49,753 nucleotides of DNA from assembly GCA_044356455.1 (NCBI GenBank), contig JBIKWF010000019.1, positions 1-49,753 of the forward strand, in the 5' to 3' direction. Below, in pieces: positions 29,103 to 37,668 of the stretch. Position 1 is the stretch's first letter, and the number at the start of each line of letters is the position of its first letter. The notes under the pieces are model-generated. The model had not been told where the DNA came from, did no database searches, and saw only the letters and a program-made list of their open reading frames with translations. This DNA comes from Bdellovibrionota bacterium. GTDB taxonomy: Bacteria; Bdellovibrionota_C; UBA2361; JBGSMV01. A program made the translations under genes and the position numbers.

Positions 29103-29462
29103 TTAAAAATTACGGCGAGACTTTTTGCGTGAAGCCGCAACCTTAGAGTTGCAAGCATTGATGAGCCCCAAACGAAGCCCATCGGGATTTATCCCTAAGC
29201 ACTCACACACGTTGTAAAAGGAAAACACGTACTCGGTATCAGCCGAGGAAACCCACGCAAACGCTTCGCGAAACCTTCTTTGACCCGATGCGCTGGTACA
29301 ACCAGCATAGTTGAGACAGGTTATGACCCCGTCAAAGAGCAGTGCTGACATGAGAGCCCTTTCAGGCCCCTGCGCCGGACCACTCTCCGAATCAACCCAA
29401 TCCTCCAGAAGGACAGTTCCAACTCTTGAGGACTCGAACGCGACACTTTCTGCGAACGCCAT
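29103..29462 (-). CDS. Small uncharacterised protein, paralogue of 25454..25927
   Basis: ATG at 29462 after GAGGGAGG; PERALMSALLFDGV...AFAWV...VFSFYNVCECLGINP. Confidence 0.8.
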   Translation of the reverse strand: MAFAESVAFESSRVGTVLLEDWVDSESGPAQGPERALMSALLFDGVITCLNYAGCTSASGQRRFREAFAWVSSADTEYVFSFYNVCECLGINPDGLRLGLINACNSKVAASRKKSRRNF

Positions 29463-29542
29463 ACGGCCCCTCCCTCGTTTTAGCCGAGGAGCCCTCCGGT
29501 CTTGGGGACCAAAGGTGCCCCTCAATTTTGTGATGCAGAGGG

Positions 29543-29558
29543 CGCAAGAAGGGTGCCA
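29543..29558 (-). promoter_or_regulatory. Sigma54 -24/-12 promoter
   Basis: Minus strand TGGCAC-CCTTC-TTGCG, exact consensus, 80 nt upstream of ATG 29462. Confidence 0.8.
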
Positions 29559-29564
29559 TATTTT

Positions 29565-29580
29565 TGGCACATGATTTGCG
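29565..29580 (+). promoter_or_regulatory. Sigma54 -24/-12 promoter (divergent)
   Basis: Plus strand TGGCAC-ATGAT-TTGCG, exact consensus. Confidence 0.7.
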
Positions 29581-29949
29581 TGCGCATGGAAAATCGAGAG
29601 TCCTTAGGCAGTTAGGACAGAAAAAAATCTAATAATTCTTTAACAATAGAGAAAACGCTCGCGCGAGGTACTGAAGAGCGTCTCCGGGAGGAACTAAGAG
29701 GTAAAAGCAAAAACCAAATAGCTGCGAATGAGAGCGAACACAGGGGAGGTTCTGCCCCGCGTACTGTTTGGCTTGAGCGAGGTGCTCCCCCCCCCTAAAG
29801 AGGCAGTTGCAGCGCCAAGCGCAGTTTAGTTTGCGATGCGATTATAAGAAAGCCTGCTGGCACTCCTTACAGAAAAAGTCCGTAGGAAATAGTCAGCAGG
29901 AACAGTTTGCAGAAGGAGCCGTGAGGAACAAGCTCCGCTTAGGCCCCAA

Positions 29950-30174
29950 TTAGGCTGCAGCCGCCGGTGCTCCCGCAGCAGGCGCCTTCTTTGCCTTCTT
30001 GCGAGAAAGCTTCTTCTCTTCGAAGAGCACATGCTTTCTTAGAACGGGGTCGTACTTACGGAGCTTGAGTTTCTTCTCGCCCTTGGACTTCTTGCGATTC
30101 TTGCGGTTTGTGTAGAATACGTTGGTTCCGCCGCTCGAGACGAGGGTATTGGATTCTTTAACTACTCTTGCCAT
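29950..30174 (-). CDS. rpmG: 50S ribosomal protein L33 (non-zinc type) with Lys/Ala tail
   Basis: LVSSGGTNVFYTNRKN...KLKLRKYDPVLRKHVLFEEKK. Confidence 0.95.
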   Translation of the reverse strand: MARVVKESNTLVSSGGTNVFYTNRKNRKKSKGEKKLKLRKYDPVLRKHVLFEEKKLSRKKAKKAPAAGAPAAAA

Positions 30175-30219
30175 AAATCATTCTCGAAATCTTATCCCTA
30201 ACCCACTAATTCATTCATC

Positions 30220-30271
30220 CAGCTCAATTGAACAGCTCAACTGTACAGCTCAATAGAACAGCTTAATAGTG
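30220..30271. repeat. Four 13-bp tandem repeats upstream of rpmG
   Basis: CAGCTCAATTGAA CAGCTCAACTGTA CAGCTCAATAGAA CAGCTTAATAGTG. Confidence 0.85.
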
Positions 30272-30499
30272 GGACCTTTCACTCGTTCCAGCCCTTCGCT
30301 AAACCGCATAAAGGGCACAACTTCGCGCACGAAGAACGCACATGAAGAGCACTTGGATACCGTTTTCCAGAGTAAAATTCAAGCCTTGGCGCCTAAAAGT
30401 CTTACCCTAGCCCCAGCACCAAAAAGCCCCTAACCGCTTGAACTTGAAGGAAGATACCTTCATCATCCCTTAGGTTACAAACCGAAAAAGGCATCGCCC

Positions 30500-31369
30500 A
30501 TGAAAGGCATCATCCTCGCGGGAGGCTCAGGCACACGCCTCTACCCTATCACTCGTGCAATCAGTAAGCAGCTGCTCCCGATCTACAATAAGCCGATGGT
30601 GTACTACCCCCTATCGGCCCTCATGCTCGCTGGAATTCGGGACATCCTGATAATTACCACTCCGCCAGAACAGCAGCTCTTTAAGAATCTTCTAGGAGAT
30701 GGTCACTTTATTGGACTGAATATCTCCTACGCGGTCCAGCCAAGTCCGGACGGTCTTGCCCAATCCTTTATTATCGGCAGCGACTTTATTGGCAAGGATC
30801 GCGTCGCGTTAGTGCTTGGGGACAATCTCTTTTACGGCCATGACCTGCCCGAATATCTCATGCGAGCCTCCCAGCGCGAGGCAGGTGCCACCGTCTTCGC
30901 CTATCAAGTTAAAGATCCAGAGCGCTACGGCGTTGTTGCCTTCGATGCAGCTGGGACACCAACAGAAATAGTAGAAAAGCCCAAAGAGCCCCCCTCCCAC
31001 TGGGCAGTTACGGGAGTTTACTTTTACGACAACCAAGTGGTCGATATCGCGAAGAACCTCAAACCCTCGCCGCGCGGGGAACTCGAAATCACCGACGTTA
31101 ACCGCGAGTACCTGAATCGCAAACAGCTCCACGTCGAGAGACTGGGGCGTGGGATAGCATGGCTTGATACGGGAACCTACTCCTCCCTTCTGCAAGCATC
31201 TCACTTCATCGAAACCATTGAAGAGCGCCAAGGGCTTATGGTCGCTTGTATCGAAGAAATTGCTTATCGACTCGGATATATTACGGCTTCACAGCTTCTC
31301 GCTTTGGCCGAAGGATTAAAAAAGAATTCATACGGACAGTATCTTTTAAGAGTACTAGAGGAGCAGTAA
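30500..31369 (+). CDS. rfbA: Glucose-1-phosphate thymidylyltransferase
   Basis: [51 protein letters not shown]. Confidence 0.97.
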   Translation: MKGIILAGGSGTRLYPITRAISKQLLPIYNKPMVYYPLSALMLAGIRDILIITTPPEQQLFKNLLGDGHFIGLNISYAVQPSPDGLAQSFIIGSDFIGKDRVALVLGDNLFYGHDLPEYLMRASQREAGATVFAYQVKDPERYGVVAFDAAGTPTEIVEKPKEPPSHWAVTGVYFYDNQVVDIAKNLKPSPRGELEITDVNREYLNRKQLHVERLGRGIAWLDTGTYSSLLQASHFIETIEERQGLMVACIEEIAYRLGYITASQLLALAEGLKKNSYGQYLLRVLEEQ

Positions 31370-31452
31370 GAACTTGCTACTCAGCAGCTGCAATTTAAAA
31401 TTGTGGCAACCGTGTACGCGTAAGCTAATCAGAGTGACCCCTTAGGACCTTT

Positions 31453-32727
31453 ATGGATCGAGTTTCAAATTTAGAATGGAGAGGCCTTCTCCATGAATGT
31501 TCGGACCGTGACGCGATTGCGAAGCTTGGTCCCAATGACAGCTTCTACGTGGGATATGACCCCACCGCTCCAAGTCTGCAGCTCGGCAACCTTGTCCCCA
31601 TGATAGCGTCCCTGCACCTCGCGCGCTCGGGAATAAAATGCATTCAGCTTTTTGGCGGCGCAACGGGTGCTATTGGCGACCCTTCCGGGAAACGGCAAGA
31701 GCGTCAGCTCCTAAGCCGAGAGGATATTGAAAGAAATGTTTCGAATCACAAGCGCCTCGCCTCTCAGATTTTTGCCCGGGCTGGCGTGGAAGCCGAATTT
31801 GTCGACAATTTTGACTGGACCAGGGGCATGTCAGTCATAGAGTTTCTGCGCGATGTGGGTAAGCATTTTACCGTCAACTACATGCTCGCAAAGGAAACGG
31901 TAAAAACTCGGCTAGATGGTGATGGACTTTCCTTTACCGAGTTCAGCTACATGCTGCTGCAGTCGATGGACTTTCATCATCTTCGCACCACTAAGAATTG
32001 CAAACTGCAAATTGGGGGCTCCGATCAATGGGGCAATATTACCGCTGGTCTCGAGCTTATCAGGAAGAAAGGAGCGGGCGAAGCCTACGCGCTTGGTATC
32101 CCGCTCCTTCTTGATAGCCAAGGCAAGAAGTTTGGAAAGACTGCCGACGGAGCTATTTGGCTCGATGCGAACGCCACGAGCCCGTATAGGTTCCACCAAT
32201 TCTGGCTGAACGTAGAAGATGCGGATGCTATACGCTACTTGAAGATATTTACCTTCCTTTCGCAGGAAGAGATTCAAGCGCTCGCCGAGGCCACCGCCCA
32301 GCATCCCGAGAAACGTGAAGCCCAGAAAAAGCTCGCGGATGCGGTTTGCAATTTGGTGCACGGCGAGCAAGCTACCACGGACGCAAAACGCAGTGCAGAA
32401 GTACTCTTTGGCGGCTCATTAGAGGGACTTTCAGGGGCTCAGCTTGGCGAAATTTTTAAGGACGTCCCCTCCTCTACTTTGCCTCGCGCCCAGATAGCCG
32501 AGCTTAAAGTGCTGGACCTCTTTGTGAGTTCAGGTCTGGCAAAATCCAAAGGAGAAGCTCGTCGTCTCTTTCAAAATGGCGGGGCCTACTTCAACAACGA
32601 ACGCGTCAGCAATGCAGAGGCATCTTGCGCTGAGTTGCTTGGGCCCGAGGCACTCAGTCAGAGCACCTCGATGATAGTGCTTCGCAGCGGGAAAAAGAGT
32701 TATCACCTTATAAAAATGGCCGAGTAA
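31453..32727 (+). CDS. tyrS: Tyrosine--tRNA ligase
   Basis: YVGYDPTAPSLQLGN, GGATGAIGDPSG, QIGGSDQWGNI, KFGKT, C-terminal S4 domain. Confidence 0.97.
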   Translation: MDRVSNLEWRGLLHECSDRDAIAKLGPNDSFYVGYDPTAPSLQLGNLVPMIASLHLARSGIKCIQLFGGATGAIGDPSGKRQERQLLSREDIERNVSNHKRLASQIFARAGVEAEFVDNFDWTRGMSVIEFLRDVGKHFTVNYMLAKETVKTRLDGDGLSFTEFSYMLLQSMDFHHLRTTKNCKLQIGGSDQWGNITAGLELIRKKGAGEAYALGIPLLLDSQGKKFGKTADGAIWLDANATSPYRFHQFWLNVEDADAIRYLKIFTFLSQEEIQALAEATAQHPEKREAQKKLADAVCNLVHGEQATTDAKRSAEVLFGGSLEGLSGAQLGEIFKDVPSSTLPRAQIAELKVLDLFVSSGLAKSKGEARRLFQNGGAYFNNERVSNAEASCAELLGPEALSQSTSMIVLRSGKKSYHLIKMAE

Positions 32728-32729
32728 CC

Positions 32730-33251
32730 GTGAGCAAGGATGGTGTGGCTAAGGGAACTGTGGCTCGTGAGCCTGGCACCTCGGTTCCGGAAACTGAGCT
32801 CCTGGCGCGTTACACGGCCCTCCTTGAAGGTAGCTTGACGCTCACGAAACATGGAAGCTGGGTTCACGAGGGCGTGCCCTTCTCGAACCCCAAAGTATCA
32901 GACCTTTTTCACCGCTCCGTCGTATGGGACACCGAGAGAAAATGCCCTGTGGTTCGCCTGGGGGCCCAGCAAGCTACGTTTACCTGTGAGGATACGCCCT
33001 ATTTTGTAGCGGCTCTGCGCACCGATACTATGCCTTGGCGAATTGTGCTCGCAGGGGGCTCCGAAGAACCCCTCGTTCCAGAGAGCATTTCAATTGGTAA
33101 CGAGGAGCAATTCTACTGCCGCGCCAAGGGCACCTTTCGAGCGCGTTTTATGCGAGCAGCTCACCAATCGCTCCTCGAATACGTCGTTGACGAAAACACG
33201 CTTCGCATAGGCGAGGCTCTCGTACATCCTCGGCGAGAGCCCGGGGTATGA
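32730..33251 (+). CDS. DUF1285-like protein
   Basis: GSWVHEGVPF...LFHRSV...CEDTPYFV pattern. Confidence 0.65.
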   Translation: MSKDGVAKGTVAREPGTSVPETELLARYTALLEGSLTLTKHGSWVHEGVPFSNPKVSDLFHRSVVWDTERKCPVVRLGAQQATFTCEDTPYFVAALRTDTMPWRIVLAGGSEEPLVPESISIGNEEQFYCRAKGTFRARFMRAAHQSLLEYVVDENTLRIGEALVHPRREPGV

Positions 33252-33688
33252 GCACGCGCTTTGAGCCCGGTTCCTGGGTCACCGTAAGATCACTAAAAAA
33301 GGCTGGACTTGTTGAATCGAGTTCTGGCGCTACTGTGACGGTAGTCGTGGGGGATTTGCGGCTGCGCTGCAAAGCCTCTGAGCTCGCCCCTGCCCAAAAG
33401 CCGCCCTCCAAGACTTCCTCAAAAAGCCCCCACCTTCCTCGCCTCTCGCGAGGCCGCGCCAAAGCGCGTATAGACCTGCATGGGCTTCGCGTGGCTGACG
33501 CCCTCAGCAAAACGGCCCAGTGCCTCGATGACGCATTAGTGGATGGCAAAGATTCACTTGAAATCATTCACGGGATTGGCGAAGGCAAGGTGCGTGACGC
33601 CGTGCACGACTACCTCAAGGGTCTATCAGTAGTGAGACATTTCGCCCTTGATCCGCTCAATCCTGGAGTCACCAAGGTGTACCTATAG
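33248..33688 (+). CDS. Stand-alone Smr/MutS2 C-terminal protein (KOW-like plus Smr)
   Basis: FEPGSWVTV, IDLHGLRVADA, IIHGIGEGKVR, GVTKVYL. Confidence 0.9.
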   Translation: MSTRFEPGSWVTVRSLKKAGLVESSSGATVTVVVGDLRLRCKASELAPAQKPPSKTSSKSPHLPRLSRGRAKARIDLHGLRVADALSKTAQCLDDALVDGKDSLEIIHGIGEGKVRDAVHDYLKGLSVVRHFALDPLNPGVTKVYL

Positions 33689-33751
33689 CCTTCGGCCTCC
33701 CTCAGGATTCCCACCTTGCCGCTTCCTTCCCTCCATGACAGCCTTTTAGGC

Positions 33752-34447
33752 ATGAGAAGGAGCCCTGCGGGAATAACGGTACCTCTGTTAGCTGCGCTAA
33801 GTATCGCACTTGGCGCCTGCTCAGGGATTCATGCGAACCTTGAGGGGGAGGATTCCTACTCGGCTCAAATTGCAAAACGAAGAACGGGATCTGCTGAGGT
33901 AAGTCATGGCGACTATTTACTAGACCCAGCCTTGCCCCAGTCGAAGAAACTTTTTCTTACCACTGCCTCAGATGACGACCCAGAAGTAGCCGTCAGCCCT
34001 AAAAAGCCTTGGGGCGACTTTGCCATCGAGGCAGAGGAAACCAAGAGCCGCCGCCAACCATGGTGGGCTCAAGTGCTGCTTTGGGTGCCGAATAGGGTTC
34101 TCGACCTACTTGATGTGGTAAAGCTGGATGTAGGTGCGGGCATGTCCTTCGGCGCCGTCGGGCGCATTACGAAGTATGGGCAATTTGGCTATCGCAGCAT
34201 TTCTCCACTCTCTGTCCGAGTCGGCCTCTTTGGAAGACGACTTCCCGTACTACTTGAACATTCAAGCGAGTTTGGTATCGGGCCGGGCTTCATAGAATCG
34301 AATGAAAGAAAAGTCTGTAAGGGCGAGCTAGGCGCCGGGGCGGATCTTTTTATTGTGGGCGCTTACGGCGGACTCTGTGTTGACGAACTTCTTGATTTTG
34401 TCGCAGGAGTTTTCTTTCTGGATGTCTCGGGAGATGATCTCAAGTAG
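33752..34447 (+). CDS. Putative lipoprotein
   Basis: Lipobox LGAC after a hydrophobic stretch; C-terminal PNRVLDLLD...ELLDFVAG...DDL motif. Confidence 0.7.
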   Translation: MRRSPAGITVPLLAALSIALGACSGIHANLEGEDSYSAQIAKRRTGSAEVSHGDYLLDPALPQSKKLFLTTASDDDPEVAVSPKKPWGDFAIEAEETKSRRQPWWAQVLLWVPNRVLDLLDVVKLDVGAGMSFGAVGRITKYGQFGYRSISPLSVRVGLFGRRLPVLLEHSSEFGIGPGFIESNERKVCKGELGAGADLFIVGAYGGLCVDELLDFVAGVFFLDVSGDDLK

Positions 34448-34924
34448 AAACAAGCAACCGCTAAAGAGAGGAAGCACAAAGTTCCCCGGTAAGCGGCACT
34501 AATTCTTATTTAGAGAAATGACCACTCCACAAGCGCCTAATTTCTTCGGCTAACTACTCCCTGCCCCGTATTCTTAGAGAACCTTTAAGGTCTGCTCTTT
34601 GCCACACAGTCAAATCGGGGTAGCAACGAGAGTGCTACTCCTCTAAGCGTATGTTCTTGCGGTGATACTGAGGTCGCGGGCTCTTTTTTGGAGCGATAGG
34701 GAAGATCTACCCTGCTATCTCAGATCCCTCTCGATGCATAGGCTTAGGGCGAGTAGTGCTGCGACAGACGAAGGTTCTCTGTTTGCGGTTTTGTGTCTCT
34801 ACAAACGCGGCCCCCCCCCTTTCCCCACTATCAGGAGCTGCGCGCGCAGCTCAGTGATTTCCGCATCGGTGCGTTGCCGGTGCGGCCGTATTCCTGTGGC
34901 TCTTTTTCAAGAAAGGAATTCCTT

Positions 34925-36016
34925 ATGAGCCGTATGGATTTTCAGTTGGATCAGGTGCTCCGCACTGCCATCAAGCAGAGCGCGAGCGACGTGCACTTGA
35001 GGGTCGGAAAGCCTCCGACCCTCAGGGTGAACGGCGATATTCGAGAGGTCAAAACGGTCACGCTCACTGATGAACTCATGGTGCAAGCCATGCGTCAGGT
35101 GAGCCCCGACACGGCCCAAGTCGAAGTCGCCGACAAGGACAAGTTCGGAAGCGACTTCGCCATCGCCATCGATGACGTGCGGTTCCGCGTGTCTTTGTTC
35201 CGTGAGCAAGGAGGCCTCGGGATGGTGTTCAGGCGCTTGCCGAGCAAGATCCTGACGCCTGAAGAGGTGGCATTCCCCAGGCGCGTGCTGGACTTGGCAC
35301 GGCGTCCTCGGGGGCTGTTCCTGGTGACCGGCCCTACCGGTTCAGGGAAAACCACCACGCAGGCCTCGATCGTGGACTACCTCCTTCGCGAAGCGGGAGG
35401 CGTGCACATCATCACCATTGAGGAGCCGACGGAATATCGGTTCGCTCATCGCGCCGGGGCCATCATCACCCAGCGCGAAGTTCCCACCAACGTCCCGTCC
35501 TTTAAGGAGGGGCTCCGTCAGGCTCTCCGCCAGGATCCGGATGTGATCATGGTGGGAGAGATGCGGGATCTCGAGACCACGCGTACGGCAATCAGCGCTG
35601 CTGAAACTGGCCACGTGGTGTTTGGAACCCTGCACACGGTGAGTGCGGCGAAGACCATCGATCGACTGGTGGAGCAGTTCCCTGGCGAGGAGCGTTCACA
35701 GGTTCGGTCGCAGGTGAGCACGAGCTTGCTTGGGGTGCTGTGCCAGCAGCTCATCCCCCGGGCGGACGGGAATGGGATGGTGGCGGCATTCGAATTCATG
35801 GAATGCACCCCCGCTATCGGCAATCTCATCCGCACGGAGAAGACCGAGCAAATCGATTCGGTGATCAAGACCAGCGGCAAATCCCTCGGGATGCAGCTGC
35901 TCGACGACCACCTGGTCGATCTGGCCCGAAGTGGTGTCATCGACCACGACAAGGCGCTTGAACGGGCGAACAACCCCGACAAGATGCGGACGCAGATTCG
36001 TTCCTCTGGGACTTAA
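34925..36016 (+). CDS. pilT: PilT/PilU-family type IV pilus retraction ATPase
   Basis: RBS AAAGGA; ASDVHL, Walker A GPTGSGKTTT, ALRQDPDVIMVGEMRD, ETGHVVFGTLHT, AIGNLIR, GMQ. Confidence 0.9.
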   Translation: MSRMDFQLDQVLRTAIKQSASDVHLRVGKPPTLRVNGDIREVKTVTLTDELMVQAMRQVSPDTAQVEVADKDKFGSDFAIAIDDVRFRVSLFREQGGLGMVFRRLPSKILTPEEVAFPRRVLDLARRPRGLFLVTGPTGSGKTTTQASIVDYLLREAGGVHIITIEEPTEYRFAHRAGAIITQREVPTNVPSFKEGLRQALRQDPDVIMVGEMRDLETTRTAISAAETGHVVFGTLHTVSAAKTIDRLVEQFPGEERSQVRSQVSTSLLGVLCQQLIPRADGNGMVAAFEFMECTPAIGNLIRTEKTEQIDSVIKTSGKSLGMQLLDDHLVDLARSGVIDHDKALERANNPDKMRTQIRSSGT

Positions 36017-36170
36017 AGGGGGAACATCGGCGGATGAACGGGGCGGTTAAGGGCGTGAGGCACAATGGACTTATCTTAATTGGTTATTCGTGGGGGTCTA
36101 AGCAACTCCCTAGTCGCAGCACTACCTCGCCCGCCCCATTTTTAAAAAGACGTTAGGTCGACGCGTATGG

Positions 36171-36287
36171 CTAGGAGTCTGTCCCGTAGAAAAACTCTAC
36201 CACTACACGTTGTGGTGGCAACGGGACAGCCCCCCTACGGATTGTGTCCAAAATGAGGATTTATGTTTCTACGGGACACACTCCTAG
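36171..36287. mobile_element. MITE-like element (family B)
   Basis: CTAG-GAGTCTGTCCCGTAGAAA ... TTTCTACGGGACACACTC-CTAG; 18-bp TIR with one mismatch. Confidence 0.85.
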
Positions 36288-36420
36288 GGAGCCTCTGAAA
36301 AACCTCGATATTTTATTTTTTCTCTCTGTGAACTCTGTGTCCTCTGTGGTTTTTCAACAATTTAAACTAACCACAGAGGGCACAGAGTTCACAGAGGGGA
36401 CTTTTTCAGAGCTTCCCTAG
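36284..36420. mobile_element. MITE-like repeat (family A), complete copy
   Basis: CTAG-GGAGCCTCTGAAAAA (36288-36302) ... TTTTTCAGAGCTTCC (36402-36416)-CTAG; internal CTCTGTGAACTCTGTGTCCTCTGTGGTT / AACCACAGAGGGCACAGAGTTCACAGAG. Confidence 0.9.
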
Positions 36421-36449
36421 TAAGACCGAACATCGAGGCTGGCCGAACA

Positions 36450-36473
36450 CGGCGCCCTGGGGACAGGGCGCCG
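36450..36473. repeat. GC-rich REP-like hairpin
   Basis: CGGCGCCCTG-GGGA-CAGGGCGCCG; related sequences at 47599-47625 and 7372-7387. Confidence 0.6.
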
Positions 36474-36504
36474 GAACATTTGTTCGATAAGGCCCCTTCA
36501 GCTC

Positions 36505-37290
36505 TTAGAACTTAATGGGAGCCACTCCCACTTCAGCAAACTCCTTCTCTACTTCAGCGAGAACTTTCGCTGAAGGCTTCTGAATACGAGCCGCTTGCGG
36601 CAAAAGCTCAACTGCATTCGACATATGAAAATAGGCAACAGACGGGCTAAGAGACTCAAGAGCCTGCGCGACGCTCTTTCTATCGTCTCGAAGCTCCATT
36701 CTGTTGGTAAGTCCTAAAGCAATCGAACAATCAACTTCTGAGGCGCGTAGGCTATCGACGCAGGTGAGAAGCGAACCACCAGTGGTAGTTACATCTTCAA
36801 TCACCACCGTGTGCCCGCGCGGGACACCGAGGAAATACTTATCTTTCGGGACACCGTGCTCCTTAGGCTTCCCTCGCCCCATCGCAAGGACATGCGACCC
36901 AGGCTTAAAATGACCAGAAAGCCGAGCCCATTTGAGCTGGGCAAGGAGCGCCACCTTTGTGGCACCTTCAGGCACCCCATAGAGAGTATCGGGAGCTACC
37001 TTCACATGTCCCTTCGCTATCAGCCCCTGAAGAAACGAGATGACGAAATCCGAGAGAGTGTCGAGCAGAAACGCATCTTCGGAAACCGTGCGCCAATTCA
37101 CATACCAGAAAGACTGGCGACCTGACTTAAGAGTAATGGGCTTCTCGAAGAATCCAATGACTTTGTTTTCGAGGATAAATGAATCAAAAGCCGCCTGATT
37201 AAAGGGAAGAATTCCACAGGTACTTTCATTGACCTGTTTTGCATGCGCACCACCATGCGACTCTGCATGCAACTTCACACTGTTTCCCAT
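36505..37290 (-). CDS. pyrE: Orotate phosphoribosyltransferase-like (type I PRTase)
   Basis: ITLKSGRQSFWYVNWR, RGKPKEHG, PRPP-binding VVIEDVTTTGGS. Confidence 0.75.
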   Translation of the reverse strand: MGNSVKLHAESHGGAHAKQVNESTCGILPFNQAAFDSFILENKVIGFFEKPITLKSGRQSFWYVNWRTVSEDAFLLDTLSDFVISFLQGLIAKGHVKVAPDTLYGVPEGATKVALLAQLKWARLSGHFKPGSHVLAMGRGKPKEHGVPKDKYFLGVPRGHTVVIEDVTTTGGSLLTCVDSLRASEVDCSIALGLTNRMELRDDRKSVAQALESLSPSVAYFHMSNAVELLPQAARIQKPSAKVLAEVEKEFAEVGVAPIKF

Positions 37291-37395
37291 AAATGCCCCA
37301 TTGAGAAGTAAATGCTCAGCGCATTTCTATCGGATAACGGTCCTATAGCCAAGTAGATTACCCCTGGGGCGCGTTCAGATTGAATTGACAGGCGC

Positions 37396-37645
37396 CTAGC
37401 CTGGTTTGCTCACGGCCCTTCCGGGCCGTGAGCAAACCAGGCTAGCTAATGCCCGGACGGCGTTAGCAAATCGCGACCAACGGGAGCGATTTGGAGCGCA
37501 CCGGAGGGCGACGCTGTGTAGGCGGCGCTCGCAGGTGCGCGATTTTGGAAATCCGCCTGGATGGCGGATTTCCAACGCAGTCTCACGGACCCGTCAGGGA
37601 TCCCGTGAGACACGACGGCTAGGGCTAAATGAGGGCAGGAATGCG
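37396..37645 (+). ncRNA. Multi-hairpin intergenic element with GGA loops (repeat element or CsrA-binding RNA candidate)
   Basis: Perfect 23-bp stem 37396-37445 followed by further hairpins, e.g. TTGGAAATCCGCC-TGGAT-GGCGGATTTCCAA. Confidence 0.45.
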
Positions 37646-37668
37646 CAAGAACCTCTTGAGAAGTCCCT

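Noticed and set aside
29463..29570. Longer start for ORF 29103..29570
   Set aside because: Would overlap the sigma54 promoters; good RBS precedes ATG 29462
21756..31369. sufS and rfbA without their usual operon partners as a novel system
   Set aside because: Scattered housekeeping genes are common and partners may lie outside the window
34793..34924. N-terminal 44-aa extension of PilT
   Set aside because: No similarity to PilT; strong RBS precedes ATG 34925
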